NCBI GenBank assembly: GCA_964016885.1
Contig: CAXHJY010000522.1
Span: forward strand, 124,001 to 188,000
DNA length: 64,000 nucleotides
DNA from: Eledone cirrhosa
Taxonomy: Eukaryota
Reading direction: 5' to 3'
Part shown: piece by piece, positions 1 to 13,479 of the stretch
Numbering within the stretch: the stretch's first letter is position 1
How the letters are laid out: the number at the start of each line of letters is the position of its first letter
Notes under the pieces: generated by a model
What the model was told of the DNA's origin: nothing
What the model saw: only the letters and a program-made list of their open reading frames with translations
Databases searched by the model: none
Translations under genes and position numbers: made by a program

Positions 1-274
1 AGTATTCATGAAATAGATTCTTTCTAAGCATTTGAAAGCTTCATATCAGTAGTTGATTCATTTTGTTACCTAAATGATCAACTTAATGATTACTTACAGG
101 TGGTGGAAGCGCTGAAAGTATAGTTGTCAAAGTAAGAACAAGGTGGAAACATTTCAGGGAATTCTACTGATAATAAAGTGTTTCTCTCATAGAATAAAGG
201 ATAATTTTTACTTGTATATGTAGTGGGATGGTGAATGGTGGCAAGGCACAGACCTTCAATGTGGGAAATAAATG

Positions 275-610
275 ACATCAGCATGTTTGGCTAGATGTGT
301 TATGTCAGCATGCATGAATGACAGTAAAATCAGCTGAAAGTAAAACTGGATATAAAAAGAATCGAGTGTTGTATGCAAGACAGAAATCTAAACTCAGGTG
401 AGCATGTGATGTGTATGGAGGATGATAATGTAAAAGGTGTTGAGCACTTTAAATAGATGGAGCTTGTTGGAGATGGAGACTAAGAAAAGCATGAGACAAA
501 GTGGTGAAAACTTATCTCCAGAGTCTAATCCTCACAAAGATGCTAATGGACTGTGAATCATGGTGAAACACTGTACTAGAGATCTACTGAACCTATGTAA
601 GCATAGAAAA
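275..610 (+). mobile_element. Highly decayed RTE 3' fragment
   Basis: Similar to the C-terminal coding region of the RTE copies (gagcatgtgatgtgtatggaggatg, gagacctaagaaa-like, gtaagcatagaaaa tail). Confidence 0.5.
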
Positions 611-1089
611 ACAAATTTGAAATTGAAGAATGGAATATATCTAATATATATTTCTAAAACTTTGTGTGTGGCCATTTCTTCTCCCTACCTCATTTCAGAC
701 TGTGTGTTTTACTTCTGTTCCCATTACTCATTTGCTTTCATTTTTCATTCACTCTCTATTGCTATTTCTCTTATATTTTCCCCTCTTTCTCAGTCTTCTT
801 TTTCCTCAAACTCTCTGTTGTCATGATGTCATTCTCTTTCCTCAAAACTTATCACCCCTGTTTCTCTCTCTACAACATTTTCCTTATTTCACAGTTGTCA
901 TTTGAACAATTTATGGTATATCAAGAGTTATTTCATTAAAAAAAAAAATAGCAGTCAATATATATATACCTAAATATGTATGTAAATACGTATGTGTGTG
1001 TGGAGAGGATACACACATAATAATAAACACTCATTCGCACATACACACACATTAAAAAGTATACATCATGTCACTCATGTATCATTTTT

Positions 1090-1790
1090 TATTCACATTC
1101 AATTAGCGATTTTCATGATATTTTTTCCCCTAAGTATGCAGAAAGGGGTTATGCCTATGACCTTTGCAGGCTCCCTGAGAGGGCCATAAGATTGAAGCAA
1201 TTGATGTTCAGTTTAAATTGTTGCTAGTTGACTCCATACATGAAAGACATGTGCAGGAAAAGAATTCCAGAAGGAAGACATTCTGTGGAAGAATGACTGA
1301 GTATATTGGTTAGTGCAAGGCCTTGGAGTTTGGGTACAATATGAATAATAAAAAGAGAGATGAGTAAGACAGGTGTGCTTGAGTGAAAGTGGCATGTGGT
1401 CAGCCAGCTGCAAGGAGCAGATGCCCTTGAAGTAGTGGTAGAAATGTGAGCCAGAGGCTAGAGCATGTCTGTCATTTATTTTAGGCCAATCAGATGAGAG
1501 GCCTTTTTGAGGATGTGTGTGTGTGGTAGCAGCACCATCCCAAATATGTGACCACTACTCCATTATGGGTTTTACTTGAACATTGTAGAGTCAGAGGTTG
1601 TTGGGGATGAAGTATTTTCTGGCTGTGACGAGAAGAGTCAGTCTATTAGATGCAGTTCTAGCTGCGTTTAGGATGTGTGTTCGCCATGAGAAATTCTCAG
1701 TGATAGTGAGGCCTAGCATTTAGAGCAAACGTGAGAGCTCTTCTGGTTGTGTGCTGTTCATGTTTAAGGGTGGTGAGGTGCAGAGATGTT
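1090..1790 (-). mobile_element. CR1/Jockey-group LINE 3' fragment
   Basis: TNQYTQSFFHRMSSFWNSFPAHVF resembles the 'SFFxRxxxxWNxLP' C-terminal motif; degenerate LGLTI...WRTH upstream. Confidence 0.6.
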
Positions 1791-1829
1791 TTAGTTCCAT
1801 ACACATGCATTCAAAAAAGTAAATGAATA

Positions 1830-2560
1830 ATAGCAATAAAAATGAATCGGATCAATCACAAATTTGATTTCAGTCATTGCAGTCATAAAGAAGCCTCTTC
1901 TTCACCCACTTATTCCTGGGGGGGTGGGGGCAGAGTCTTCAAATGCTCCTTCCAGCGGGTCCTGTCACAAGCAACCGTCTCCAACTGGATCCCCAAGAGA
2001 GACCAGCCAAGCTCATGGATGTTATCCAATGATCTTGCTTGGGGTCTACCCCAGGGTCTCCTGCCAGTTGGTTTTGCTCATAAAATCTGTCCAGTGATTC
2101 TTTCCTAACAAATTTGGAGAAGTAGCTCTACCTGAAATGATTCTTTGATCTCCAAGCTACACACTTTATTGAATAACATTACTCCAAAGACCCTTCGCAG
2201 AAACCCCATTTCAGCTGTTTGTATGCGCGATTGTATTCTTTTGGTCATTACCAAAAGATTCATGACCATAGGTAAGAGTTGGCACGAATACCGAATTGAA
2301 GATAGTGAGTTTGGCTTTTACAGCTACCTCCCTTCTGCTGAAGCTGGCACATTACTGCACTAGCTCCTGCATTTCTTGCACTTAATTCAGCATCCTGCCG
2401 TCCATCACTCATGAACATGGTCCCTAGGATACTTGAACTTCTCTTCCTGCTTCAGAAGAACTCCATTCACATGTAGAGTGCACTGCACAGGCTTTTGAGA
2501 GAATGAGTATCTCAGTTTTTGCAGCACTGATTTTCGTTCCAGCCATGCAGCACTCAGTAA
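1830..2560 (-). mobile_element. Old RTE-clade (Expander/Rex3-like) LINE 3' fragment
   Basis: Minus strand reads KAKLTIFNSVFVPTLTYGHE... and ...QTAEMGFLRRV, the typical post-RT region of RTE elements. Confidence 0.65.
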
Positions 2561-2929
2561 CATCTTAAAATAGTTTCAGTGATCATATCGATATTAGTAC
2601 TTATTTCAATCAATTACTTATTATTGATTTATATTTGTTGAACTACTGCATTATGGGACAAAAGCAAGAACACACACACAAAATATAAATGCATTTCAAA
2701 TAATATATTAATGTTGAATTGCAAGTATTATTTGCCAAGAAATTGCTCTCTAATTGAGTTATCACTTTCCAAAATCAACATTGAGTACTACTATTAGTAA
2801 TAGTGAAGTTTTTTTTTTCTGAGCATTATGCTTATATAAAATTTCATACATGATTCTTCTCTTCATATCGTGAATGTGTGATATATAGTGGTCAAGGTGT
2901 TAGACAAGATCATAACATTGTGTGTTCAA

Positions 2930-4247
2930 TATCATCACCACCACTGTTTCATGCCTAGTCTTAATGCTTGCATGAATTAGACAGGTTGTCACATACTGAA
3001 GTTAGACTGGTCAGATGACTACATCTTGCTTGCATGTTCCAATTTTAGCTTGGTTCCTATGGCTGGATGCCAATCACTTCACAGTGTATACTGGGAGCAT
3101 TTTATTGTGACTCCAGCTCCACCACCTTACACGTGCTTTTTGTTTTGGCCTTACAGTAAAGATTAGGCACTTTTTATTGCGGCACCAGTGCTACCACCTT
3201 AGAGGATGAAATGGATGCTTTTTATCATGAAACCATCTCTACCACTTTACAGAGAGGGGTGGGTGCATTTTATTATGTGTGTAAATCATCATCATCATCA
3301 TCGTTTAATATCCATCTTCCACGCTTGCATGGGTTTGGATGGGAGTTTTCCCACTTGAGGCAAGATTGGTTGTCCTGCTCGTATAGGACTGTCTGGCGGG
3401 TTTTCTACGGCTGGATGCCCTTCCTAACACCAACCACGTTTACAGTGTGGACTGGGAGGTTTTTACCGTGTTACCTACACGGCCACATTACAGCGTGGAC
3501 TGTGTGTTGTTTTTTTGTCGTGACACCTACACGACCTCATTTGTTTCAGACTGGATGTTGTGGTACCAACATATATATATATATATCATCATCATCGTTT
3601 TTTATGTGTGTAAATATATATATATATATATATATCATCATCATCGTTTTCACATCCATTTTTCCATACTGTGTTGGCCAGGTTCTTCTCAGCACAGCAT
3701 TTCTCCACTTGCCATGTTTCTTCATCACCTCAGTGATCTGTCTCTACTGCAACTGGCATTTACTGGCACTTCTTCCCCCATCAGTCTTCATCCATGCACA
3801 TCACATGTGCATACCAACACAGTCTTCTCTCTTGTACACCACCTCAGATTCCTCATAAACCTAGTTTCTCCCTTAAACCCAGTATATATATGTGTGTGTG
3901 TGTGTATCATCATCATCATCAACGTTTAACGTCCGTGTTCCACGCTTGCATGGGTTTGGACGGGGGTAGTCCCACTTGAGGCAAGAGTGATTGTCTTGCT
4001 CGCATAGGACTGTCTGGCAGGTTTTCTACAGTTGGATGCCCTTCCTAACACCAACCACATTTACAGTGTGGGTCTGGGAGGTTTTTACCGTGTTGCCTAC
4101 ACGGCCACATTACAGCGTGGACTGTGTGTTTTTTTGCCGTGACATCTACACGATCTCATTTGTTTCGGCCTGGATGGTGTGGCACCAACATAACTTTACA
4201 TAGAACGGGGTGGTGTGGATGGGGTGGGGGTGGTGGGACGGGGGGGG

Positions 4248-4288
<41 letters not shown>

Positions 4289-4500
4289 CTTCTCTCGCAG
4301 CACACCCCTGCCTTATTGTTCATGGACATTAGCATAGCACATCCAATTGAGCAAAATTCAATTTCCCTCTAGTTTTCGTATATCTTCTATGTTTATTGCC
4401 CATGTTTCAATACCATGCAACATTTTGCACACAGGCTTCATACAGCTGGCCTTTTGAAGAGAGAAATCTTTCGACGTAGTAGGTTCCTGAACTTTATATA
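2930..4500 (-). mobile_element. Stack of short RTE 3'-end copies / RTE-tail SINEs
   Basis: Repeated (cat)n-gtttaacgtcc...gcatgggtttgga...ggatgcccttcctaacaccaacc units at about 2935, 3287 and 3905, plus other RTE tails at about 3585 and 3635, separated by (TA)n. Confidence 0.8.
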
Positions 4501-4507
4501 TATATAT

Positions 4508-6514
4508 ATCATCATCATCGTTTAACGTCCATCTTCCATGCTAGCATGGGTTTGGACAGAGATTTTCCCACTTGAGGCAAGATTGGTTGTCTTGCTCGTA
4601 TAGGACCGTTTGCTCTTCCTATCACCAACCACGTTTACAGTGTGGACTGGGAGGTTTTTACCGTGTTACCTACATGGCCACATTACAGCGTGGACTGTGT
4701 GTTTTTTGTCGTGACACCTACACGACATCATTTATTTAGGACTGGATGTTGTGGTACCAACATAACTTTACATCGAAAGGGGGTGGTGTGGATGGGGTCG
4801 GGGTAGTGGGACGGGGGTGTATTTTGGTCAGAGGTGCCTACTGACTGTAGGTTTCGCTTTGCACTTAGGCAAGGCGGGTCTTCTGTAGCGCCAAAGATCT
4901 CGGTCCAGTGACAATGTCTTGGAGAGGTGTAAGTGTGTGAGGTCGGAATTTATCAAGTCGTCCCAGGTTTTTCTGGGTCTGCTTATTCCGTGGCTACCGT
5001 CTATTTTGATCGCCCTGCACTTTTTTATACAGCTGTCGTCTTTCATGCGCATCACGTGACCATACCAACGTAGTGTTCTCTCGAGTAAACAGTATCTGAT
5101 CCCTCTTATTCCTAATTTCTCACTTAGTTCATTTATGCTTTGCCGTTCACGTATATTACTATTACACATCCAACGGAGCATGCAAGCTTCGTTTCACTCC
5201 AGTCTGCGTAGATCCTCTGCACACAATTCCCAAGTCTCACTGCTATGTAACATTGCTGTTCATATGCAGGCATCATACAGCCTGTCTTTCATTTTTAGAG
5301 AGAAACCTTTAGCGGCCAATAGTGGTATAAGCTCTCTGAACTTTTTCCATCCCGTTCTGACTCTAGCTACTGTACTTTCAGAGCACCCTCCACCACTGCT
5401 GATTTTGTCACCCAGGTAACGGAAGGTGTCCACTATTTCTATAGAACCATGTGTGCAATGCAATGAGCTAGTATTTTGTGGGCACTTGCTGCTACTTATT
5501 GCACCAGAGCACCGGCCACATATAAAATCTATATTCTTAGTTAGCTTACCTGTGATCCCACTACATCTTTTATGCACCCATACTTTGCATTTGGGACATA
5601 AAATGGAGTTTCTGCTTATTCCTTTCCTACACACTGAGCATGGTCATTTCCCAGATGAGACCAGTGCCCTATTTTCCTTCCTACGTACTAGAACTTTAGT
5701 CTTAGACAGGTTAATTTTAAGGCCTTTTGATTCTAGGCCATGCTTCCATGTTTGGAATTTCTTCTCTAGTTCAGCCATTGATTCAGCTATAAGCGTTAGA
5801 TCATCAGCGTATAGGAGTTCCCATGGGCAGCCGGTCTTAAACTCCTCTGTTATAGCCTGAAGGGCAATAATAAATAGGAGGGGCTAAGGATGGAGCCCTG
5901 ATGAACACCAACTTTTACGCTAAACTCTTCACTATATTCGTTGTTAATTCTAACCTTGCTGACTGTTTCTTTATACATGGTTTGTATAGCTCTCACAACC
6001 CATTCATCAACACCTAGTTTTCTGAGAGCCCACCAGATAATGGGGCATGGGACTCTGTCAAAGGCTTTCTCCAAGTCAACAAAAGCTAAGTATAGGGGTT
6101 TACTTTTAGCTAGGTACTTCTCCTGTAGTTGTCGTACAATGAAAAGAGCGTCTGTGCTACTTTTACCTACACAAACCCGAACTGCATTTCATCCACATCA
6201 ATTCGCTCTCTGATTAGTTGCCCTATAACTTTTTCTGTGACCTTCATGACCTGATCAATTAATTTTATGCCTTTATAGTTTCCCCTATCTAGGGCATCTC
6301 CTTTACCCTTGTAGCATTTAATGATGATGCTGCTATGCCAGTCCTTCGGTACGACCTCATTCTGTATGACTTGGTTTACTATCCGGGTGACCATAGTGTG
6401 TCCCTCCGTTCCAGATGCTTTCAGCATTTCAGCAACTATTTCCGAAGGCCCAGTCGCCTTGCCCGTCTTCATATCTTTGATTGCCTTACTTATTATACTA
6501 CCTTCAACTTGTGA
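4508..6514 (-). mobile_element. 5'-truncated RTE LINE (RT, PHD finger, 3' UTR, (GAT)n tail)
   Basis: ORFs 6167-6613, 5850-6074, 5260-5634 and 4828-5181 carry RT motifs across frameshifts; (cat)n tail next to (TA)n at about 4500. Confidence 0.93.
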
Positions 6515-7039
6515 ATAAGGGAATGTATGTGAGTGTCTGTGTATGCAAATGTGAAGAAAATGACTGTCGTTGGAGTTTATAAAAAACCACAAGTAAAGTA
6601 GATAACTCCTCAAATATGTCAGTCAACTGAAGCATTACTAAAAGTAATTAGGTTGTTTGAACAGTAATCTGAGCTAGTTTACTGCTTACTCATATCAAAG
6701 GTATGGCTATAATATATAACACATTACATCTACATGGTCACTCAATCTATTATTTCTGTGTGATCTTAAATCTCTTAAGGATATATCATTTCAACTCGTT
6801 GAAATATATCTTGCTTTATATTTTCAAAAGACTATGATTGGTGCTACAAAACATTTTGTTGATTTTGTAATGAAGTATATTTCCAATGAATCATATATCG
6901 TGATCACTGACCATAACCGAATGTGAGATATAAGTGGTATAAGATTTTAATTCTTAATAGTTGGCAACATGTAATAAATGAAAAAACTACAAATAAAATA
7001 GAAATAGAAACTTTAAAATAAAAGGAAAAAATAACTTAC

Positions 7040-7109
7040 CTCCAGTAGCAATTGTTAAATTCACTACAGTATGTCCAAAAAATCTAAATTTGAAATTTAT
7101 GTTCACTGG
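7040..7109 (-). CDS. PLXDC2: PLXDC-like coding exon, start of NIDO-like domain (PVNINFKFRFFGHTVVNLTIATG-G)
   Basis: tttttcatttctcag| acceptor and |gtaagt donor; 70 bp, phase 0-1. Matches PLXDC 'RVNLSFDFPFYGH..ITVATGG'. Too short for the ORF track; read directly from the sequence. Confidence 0.92.
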
Positions 7110-8759
7110 CTGAGAAATGAAAAATAATTAAAGTGAAAATGTTTTAAAAGAGGTTTATAATTTTAATTTTATCAAGTCTACATTTTTTTAAAGAACTTCT
7201 ATACAATTTTCTTCTATAAAGTAGCATATTTTTAATTCCTACCAACTAACATTTATCCTTCTGGTGTTAAGCTTGGGGATCAGCAGCAACTGTGCTATCA
7301 TTCTGGGAAAAATGGGACTAACAAAAGTGATGGCAGAGGTTAGTTAGAGAGAGAATGGTAGTTGGACAGTGATAGTGGAGGTTAATGGGATATAATTATT
7401 GTGCAGACAGTATTTGTAGAGGTTAATGTGACAGGTGATAACATAACTATGATGTGTTATTTATATAGTTAAGTGTGTATGCTTTGTTTCTCATGCTTAT
7501 GGAAGTAAATCATATGTCACCACCATAAATGAAACTTGAGAGTCAGTTTGCTTTATGGTCCTGGAGGACAGCAAGGGAGACATGCTGGAATAGCCATTCC
7601 ACCTCGCAGGGTTTACACATGCAGGTAGCCAACTCCACTCTGATAGCAGTGAACAGGGATATGGTCCAGGGGAGGGGGGAGGGTACCAAGAATGCTGGAA
7701 GTCTCCACTGTCACAGGTTGAAGCTTAGACACATGATTGTTGAGGTTAATGGTACAAATGTTTATTCGATGCAGCATCTTCTTGCATGTGTTGTTGCTGT
7801 ATTACCAAAGACCAGCTAGGTGTCCTAACTTTGTTTTTGTATTAAGACCTATATTATCTAATGTCTTCTTCATTTATTAAGATAGATGTAATATAAGGGA
7901 GATTTAGCTGATATATTAACAAGTTAAGTGGCCCTGTAGAAGCAGATCAAGTGGTCTCCGTTGGCTTGTGTGTGCACAATGTATTGGAATTATTTGTAAA
8001 ATATTACCGATCCTTTCAACCTGGAACAATTTTGAGTTGCCAATGCTAAAGCCATTTGTTATAATTTGCCTTTATGGCTAAATGAAAATAAGTGTTTGTT
8101 GGTGTTTTACTGCATAAGTATGTAAAATGTTAACCACAGATTTATATTCAAAGGCCACTAAACCCTTTAGCATTTAAACTGGCTATATCTGGCCAGAATT
8201 CTCTCACCTCTTTCTGTTCAAACCAGATACTCATACTTATATTAAGGTATTGTTTTCAATATGAATAATATCAAATCTCATAGATTTGTTATTATGTGAA
8301 ATAATTATGTGAAATAAAGTGTTTACCATGAAAATACAATAGTAAATATAAAGTAATGTAAATGCTAAATGAGTAAACCATGACCATTGAATTGTTTTTA
8401 CGCAGACATAGTATATCTAGGGTTTCATTAATGTGCCTTTGCCTTTTATAAAACAGATGTGAGATATAAAAGAGATTCAGTTGCTATTTTTCATAGATTG
8501 AAGATCTTCAATGACTTAAGGTATTATTAAGTTACAGAGATTGTGAAGCTATCATGATTCTAGTCTAAGTCTGTTTCTGCAGTTAAATATAACTCACAAC
8601 TCCATTTATTTTAAAAAGAGCTGTTACAAGACTCCAAAATTCTCAGATTTTATGCAAGTTTGTTTAATATCTGAGAAAGTTTTATGATATTCAGATTTTA
8701 GTTGGGTCCCCACTTAGAAGACATTCTCTAATAACATTTTACATTGAAAAGATGATACT

Positions 8760-9120
8760 ATATATACATGTTAATTGGCACAATGTCACCCACACACCAC
8801 TTGGCATGCAGAAGTGCTGTCTTCCACCTCAGCCTCTTCTTTCATTTCTATAACTCACTCTTCTCCATTGAATCAACTAGTCTCATTTCACCTCTTCTCA
8901 TACACTCCCAACTCATCTCTCCTCCTCCTTTCATTAACCATATTGTGTCCAAACACACAGCCCCTCTCTCCCCAACACTAACCACAATGCTCAGTCCTTC
9001 ATGCCTAGAATGCCAGCCATCTGAAACTCTCTCCCTCAATTCATGTCTTTCCAAAAGAAATGAACTGAAGACTTGCACCAGTTTAAGTGGAACATTAAAT
9101 AGCATCAATCTCTCCAGTCT
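8760..9120 (-). mobile_element. Decayed LINE (RTE-like) 3' fragment
   Basis: Minus-strand similarity to the ..LRW..H.. region and 3' end of RTE elements; many disruptions. Confidence 0.4.
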
Positions 9121-9459
9121 TGGAGGGCCAGTAAAGGGCATAGGAACTTCCCCTTCCTAAAGGGGGAGGAACAAAAAACAAACTAACAACAGAAACAAAA
9201 CAAAAATAGTCCTAACTAAAAAGAACATTGCAACTAATCAATTTAGTAAAACAATATGTGCCCAATGTAATCCAAATGTCCACCATGTGCCCAGTGAAAC
9301 CCAAATGTTTAGTATGTGCCCAAATTCACCAAACAGTGGAATGAAATTCTTAAAATCAAGAACTATCAATTCCTGATATATTCTTCCAACAATAACATAT
9401 TAGGACAGGGGTTTCTACCATTATAAAACATGAGAAATCTCACATGAAACATGAGAAAT

Positions 9460-10290
9460 CTCACATGTTGTAAGAAGACCAATTAAACTTGCTTAACAGC
9501 AAGATGATATGACTGGCGCCCCTATCATTAAAACATATGAGATGCAGCCTCATAGGGGGCAAGGTAAACCTACACAGGCCTGAACTATAACAATAATATG
9601 ATAGAACTGGGATCGCTACTATTAAAACACACAAGAAACCTATGAAGTATAACCTCATACATGGCCAACTAAACTTACTTAGGTGTGCACTGTAACAACA
9701 TCATAAGACTGATGCCCTATGATTAAAACACCTATGAGATGCAACCTTATATGAGGCCAGAAAAATCTACAAAGCTACGAGCTGTAACAACAAACATGAT
9801 AGGACTGCGGCCACAATCATTAAAACACCTTAGAAACTTCTTAGGGGATGCAACCTCACAAGAGGCCAAATAAATCTATGAAGGTGTGAGCTGTAAAATT
9901 AAGATTATAGATCTAGGTCCCCTATCATTAAAACCCCTGACAAGTTGGCTATCAAATACAACCTCATAAGAGGCCAACTAGACTTGCATAGTTATGAGCT
10001 TTGACAACAATAATATGATAGGACTGGGCCCATTATCATTAAACTACATTGGAAACCTCTAATGAGATGAAACCTCACAAGAGGCCACATAAATCTGTAG
10101 AGGTGTGAGCTGTAATAAGGACTAGAGTCCCTACCATTAAAACAGTCCAGAAACCATATATGAACTACAACTTCTTAGGAAGCCAACAAAACCTGTAAAC
10201 TGTAATAAGAACATAACATGTGAGAAACCATCTCTGAAATACCTCATAAGAGGCCAACTAAAGTTAAATAACTATAAGTTGTGACAACAT
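9460..10290. repeat. Degenerate tandem array of ~100-110-bp units (about 8-9 copies)
   Basis: Recurring gatgcaacctcataagaggccaactaaacct...gagctgtaacaa...atgataggactggg..ctatcattaaaac at about 9541, 9646, 9738, 9847, 9955, 10066, 10163 and 10238. Confidence 0.85.
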
Positions 10291-10589
10291 CTAACACTTC
10301 ATATGACAGACAGCTTCAAGTGCAGACAGACAGTTATGCTAGGAAGTTAACCTTCAGTACACTAAAGTCCTACTTAATATTTCTCAGATGAAAACCCACA
10401 ATAATTGGGTTAATTAATCTCTACTCTGAAACATGCAAAACATTCCAACAATGCATATATACACACATACATGGACACAAACACACTCACACACAGAAAC
10501 ACATATGTGTGTGTGTGTAATATATATATATATATAGGTTATGCACATACAACAGCTTTCAAAATGTCACACTCACATATGTGTGTATA

Positions 10590-10658
<69 letters not shown>

Positions 10659-10819
10659 ATATATATATATATATATATGTACACACACACACACAACAGT
10701 TTTCAGAATGTAATACAAAGACACATATACATGCAGCAGCTTTCAGAATGTCACACACATACACATAGGAATAGGAAGCAGGCCTCAGGATGTATTAAAC
10801 AGCATTCAATAATACTTAC

Positions 10820-10942
10820 AGCTGCCAATCTGTGGTTGTCAGATAAAACTTTGTGGTTTCGGTATACCCCTTCATCCATATTTATCCAGTGATGAATGAG
10901 GTCATCTTGTATAATTTTTGACTGGTAATATTTATGATTATC
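10820..10942 (-). CDS. PLXDC2: PLXDC-like coding exon (DNHKYYQSKIIQDDLIHHWINMDEGVYRNHKVLSDNHRLAA)
   Basis: Pyrimidine tract tctctctctttctcacag| acceptor and |gtaagt donor; 123 bp, phase 0-0. The peptide resembles vertebrate PLXDC2 'DHNYYISRIY...LWVNID...HGILSNTHRQAA' as recalled. Confidence 0.9.
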
Positions 10943-11659
10943 CTGTGAGAAAGAGAGAGAGAAACTGAGTAACAATAACAATGATTACAACAACAATGCC
11001 AATAATGATAACAAAATATTTAAACATCATAAAACATCAAGAAGCAAAGAATGTAGCAACAGGTCATTGACAACATTTAAAGCATGTCTCCATAATTTGT
11101 TGGATGGATGGATGGATTATGAATAAGATTACAGACACTTGCTGTTTACTCTTCTCAAATAACCAACTACCATCATCACCATCATTACATCTATTTTTCT
11201 AAGCTGTAAATGTAGACTGGACAGGTCTTCTCCAGAAAAGCTTCCTTCCCCTTGTTGCACACTTTTGTCATCGCTATGAGTTTCTGTATTTTGAAATCAG
11301 TTCTTACAACTTCTGTTCAGATCTTTTTCATTCTTCCAATTCTGCAACATGCTTTTGCTGGCATCTCTTGGCACTTCGTCAATGGTCATTATACATGTAA
11401 ACTATACAATTACCTCTCTAATTACTCCAATTGCTATAATTACTATTACATCATTTAGAAACAATTGGTTTATATTACTTTACAGTCAGAAATTGATATC
11501 TAATATCATTTACATTTAAGATGATAATAGTTAATTCAGACTTTCCATCCAACTGAATTGGATTAATTTCTGAGAATCAAGCAATGCAGAAACCATATTA
11601 ACTGGACATTTTAAAATGTTAAACTAATTCTTTCAGTTCTGTTCTGACAATCTAACAAA

Positions 11660-13459
11660 GACACAAGCATCATCATCCTCACCATCAGGGAGTACTGTGA
11701 CATGATGTCTGTAACTACACTACAGTATGTGACTTGAAGTCAGTTACATTAGAGTCACAACATTATGTAACATGAGTTCTGTTACACTGGAGTTACTACA
11801 GTATGTGACATGAGTTCTGTTACACTGGAGTTACTACAGTATGTAACATGAGTTGTTACACTGGAGTTACTACAGTATGTAACATGGGTTGTTACAGTGG
11901 AGTTACTACAGTATGTGACAAGAGTTTGTAACACTGGAGATGCTACAGTATGTAACATGAGTTTGTAACACTGGAGATGCTACAGTATGTAACACGAGTT
12001 GTTACACTGGAGTTACTACAGTATGTGACATGAGTTCTGTTACACTGGAGTTACTACAGTATGTAACATGAGTTCTGTTACACTGGAGTTACTACAGTAT
12101 GTAACATGACTTTGTAACACTGGAGTTACTACAGTATGTGACATGAGTTCTGTTACACTGGAGTTACTACAGTATGTGACATGAGTTCTGTTACACTGGA
12201 GTTACTACAGTATGTGACATGAGTTGTTACACTGGAGTTACTACAGTATGTAACATGAGTTTGTAACACTGGAGATGCTACAGTATGTAACACGAGTTGT
12301 TACACTGGAGTTACTACAGTATGTGACATGAGTTGTTACACTGGAGTTACTACAGTATGTAAAATGAGTTCTGTTACACTGGAGTTACTACAGTATGTAA
12401 CATGAGTTTGTTACACTGGAGTTACTACAGTATGTAACATGAGTTTGTAACACTGGAGTTACTACAGTATGTGACATGAGTTCTGTTACACTGGAGTTAC
12501 TACAGTATGTGACATGAGTTCTGTTACACTGGAGTTACTACAGTATGTGACATGAGTTCTGTTACACTGGAGTTACTACAGTATGTAACATGAGTTCTGT
12601 TACACTGGAGTTACTACAGTATGTGACATGAGTTGTTACACTGGAGTTACTACAGTATGTAACATGAGTTTGTAACACTGGAGATGCTACAGTATGTAAC
12701 ACGAGTTGTTACACTGGAGTTACTACAGTATGTGACATGAGTTGTTACACTGGAGTTACTACAGTATGTAAAATGAGTTCTGTTACACTGGAGTTACTAC
12801 AGTATGTAACATGAGTTTGTTACACTGGAGTTACTACAGTATGTAACATGAGTTGTTACACTGGAGTTACTACAGTATGTAACATGAGTTGTTACACTGG
12901 AGTTACTACAGTATGTGACATGAGTTCTGTTACACTGGAGTTACTACAGTATGTAACATGAGTTTGTTACACTGGAGTTACTACAGTATGTAACATGAGT
13001 TTGTAACACTGGAGTTACTACAGTATGTAACATGAGTTGTTATACTGGAGTTGCTACAGTATGTGACATGAGTTATGTTACACTGGAGTTACTACAGTAT
13101 GTGACACGAGTTCTGTTACACTGGAGTTACTACAGTATGTGACATGAGTTCTGTTACACTGGAGTTACTACAGTATGTGACATGAGTTCTGTTACACTGG
13201 AGTTACTACAGTATGTGACATGAGGTATATGCTATGTTCCTTGGTTTATCAATCACATCCTGGGGAGTCACAACTCCCCAATGTAACCTGTGGTATGACA
13301 GTTCCTTTCCTGGAATAATTTCATATACTATTATTGCAACAGTAACTGTATGTTACATAATGACTCCAGTGCAACTGACCTTATGTCACATACTGTAGTG
13401 TTAGTAACAGACATCATGTCACTGTACTTTCTGATGGTGAGGATGATGATGCTTGTGTC
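11660..13459. mobile_element. Foldback/MITE-like element with ~125-bp terminal inverted repeats enclosing a satellite array
   Basis: 11660-11785 (gacacaagcatcatcatcctcaccatcag...) is the imperfect reverse complement of 13338-13459; no clear TSD. Confidence 0.75.
11774..13224. repeat. Tandem satellite, 36-38-bp monomer GAGTT(C)TGTTACACTGGAGTTACTACAGTATGT(G/A)ACAT, about 39 copies
   Basis: Directly visible head-to-tail monomers with no spacers. Confidence 0.97.
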
Positions 13460-13479
13460 GTTACAAATAGTTTGAACAT

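Noticed and set aside
1-7039. Next PLXDC exon (expected ..TQYIAPLMANF..)
   Set aside because: Searched by eye on the minus strand and not found; probably outside the window.
11774-13224. CRISPR-like array of ~37-bp repeats
   Set aside because: Monomers are head-to-tail with no unique spacers, no cas genes, and the context is eukaryotic; it is a satellite.
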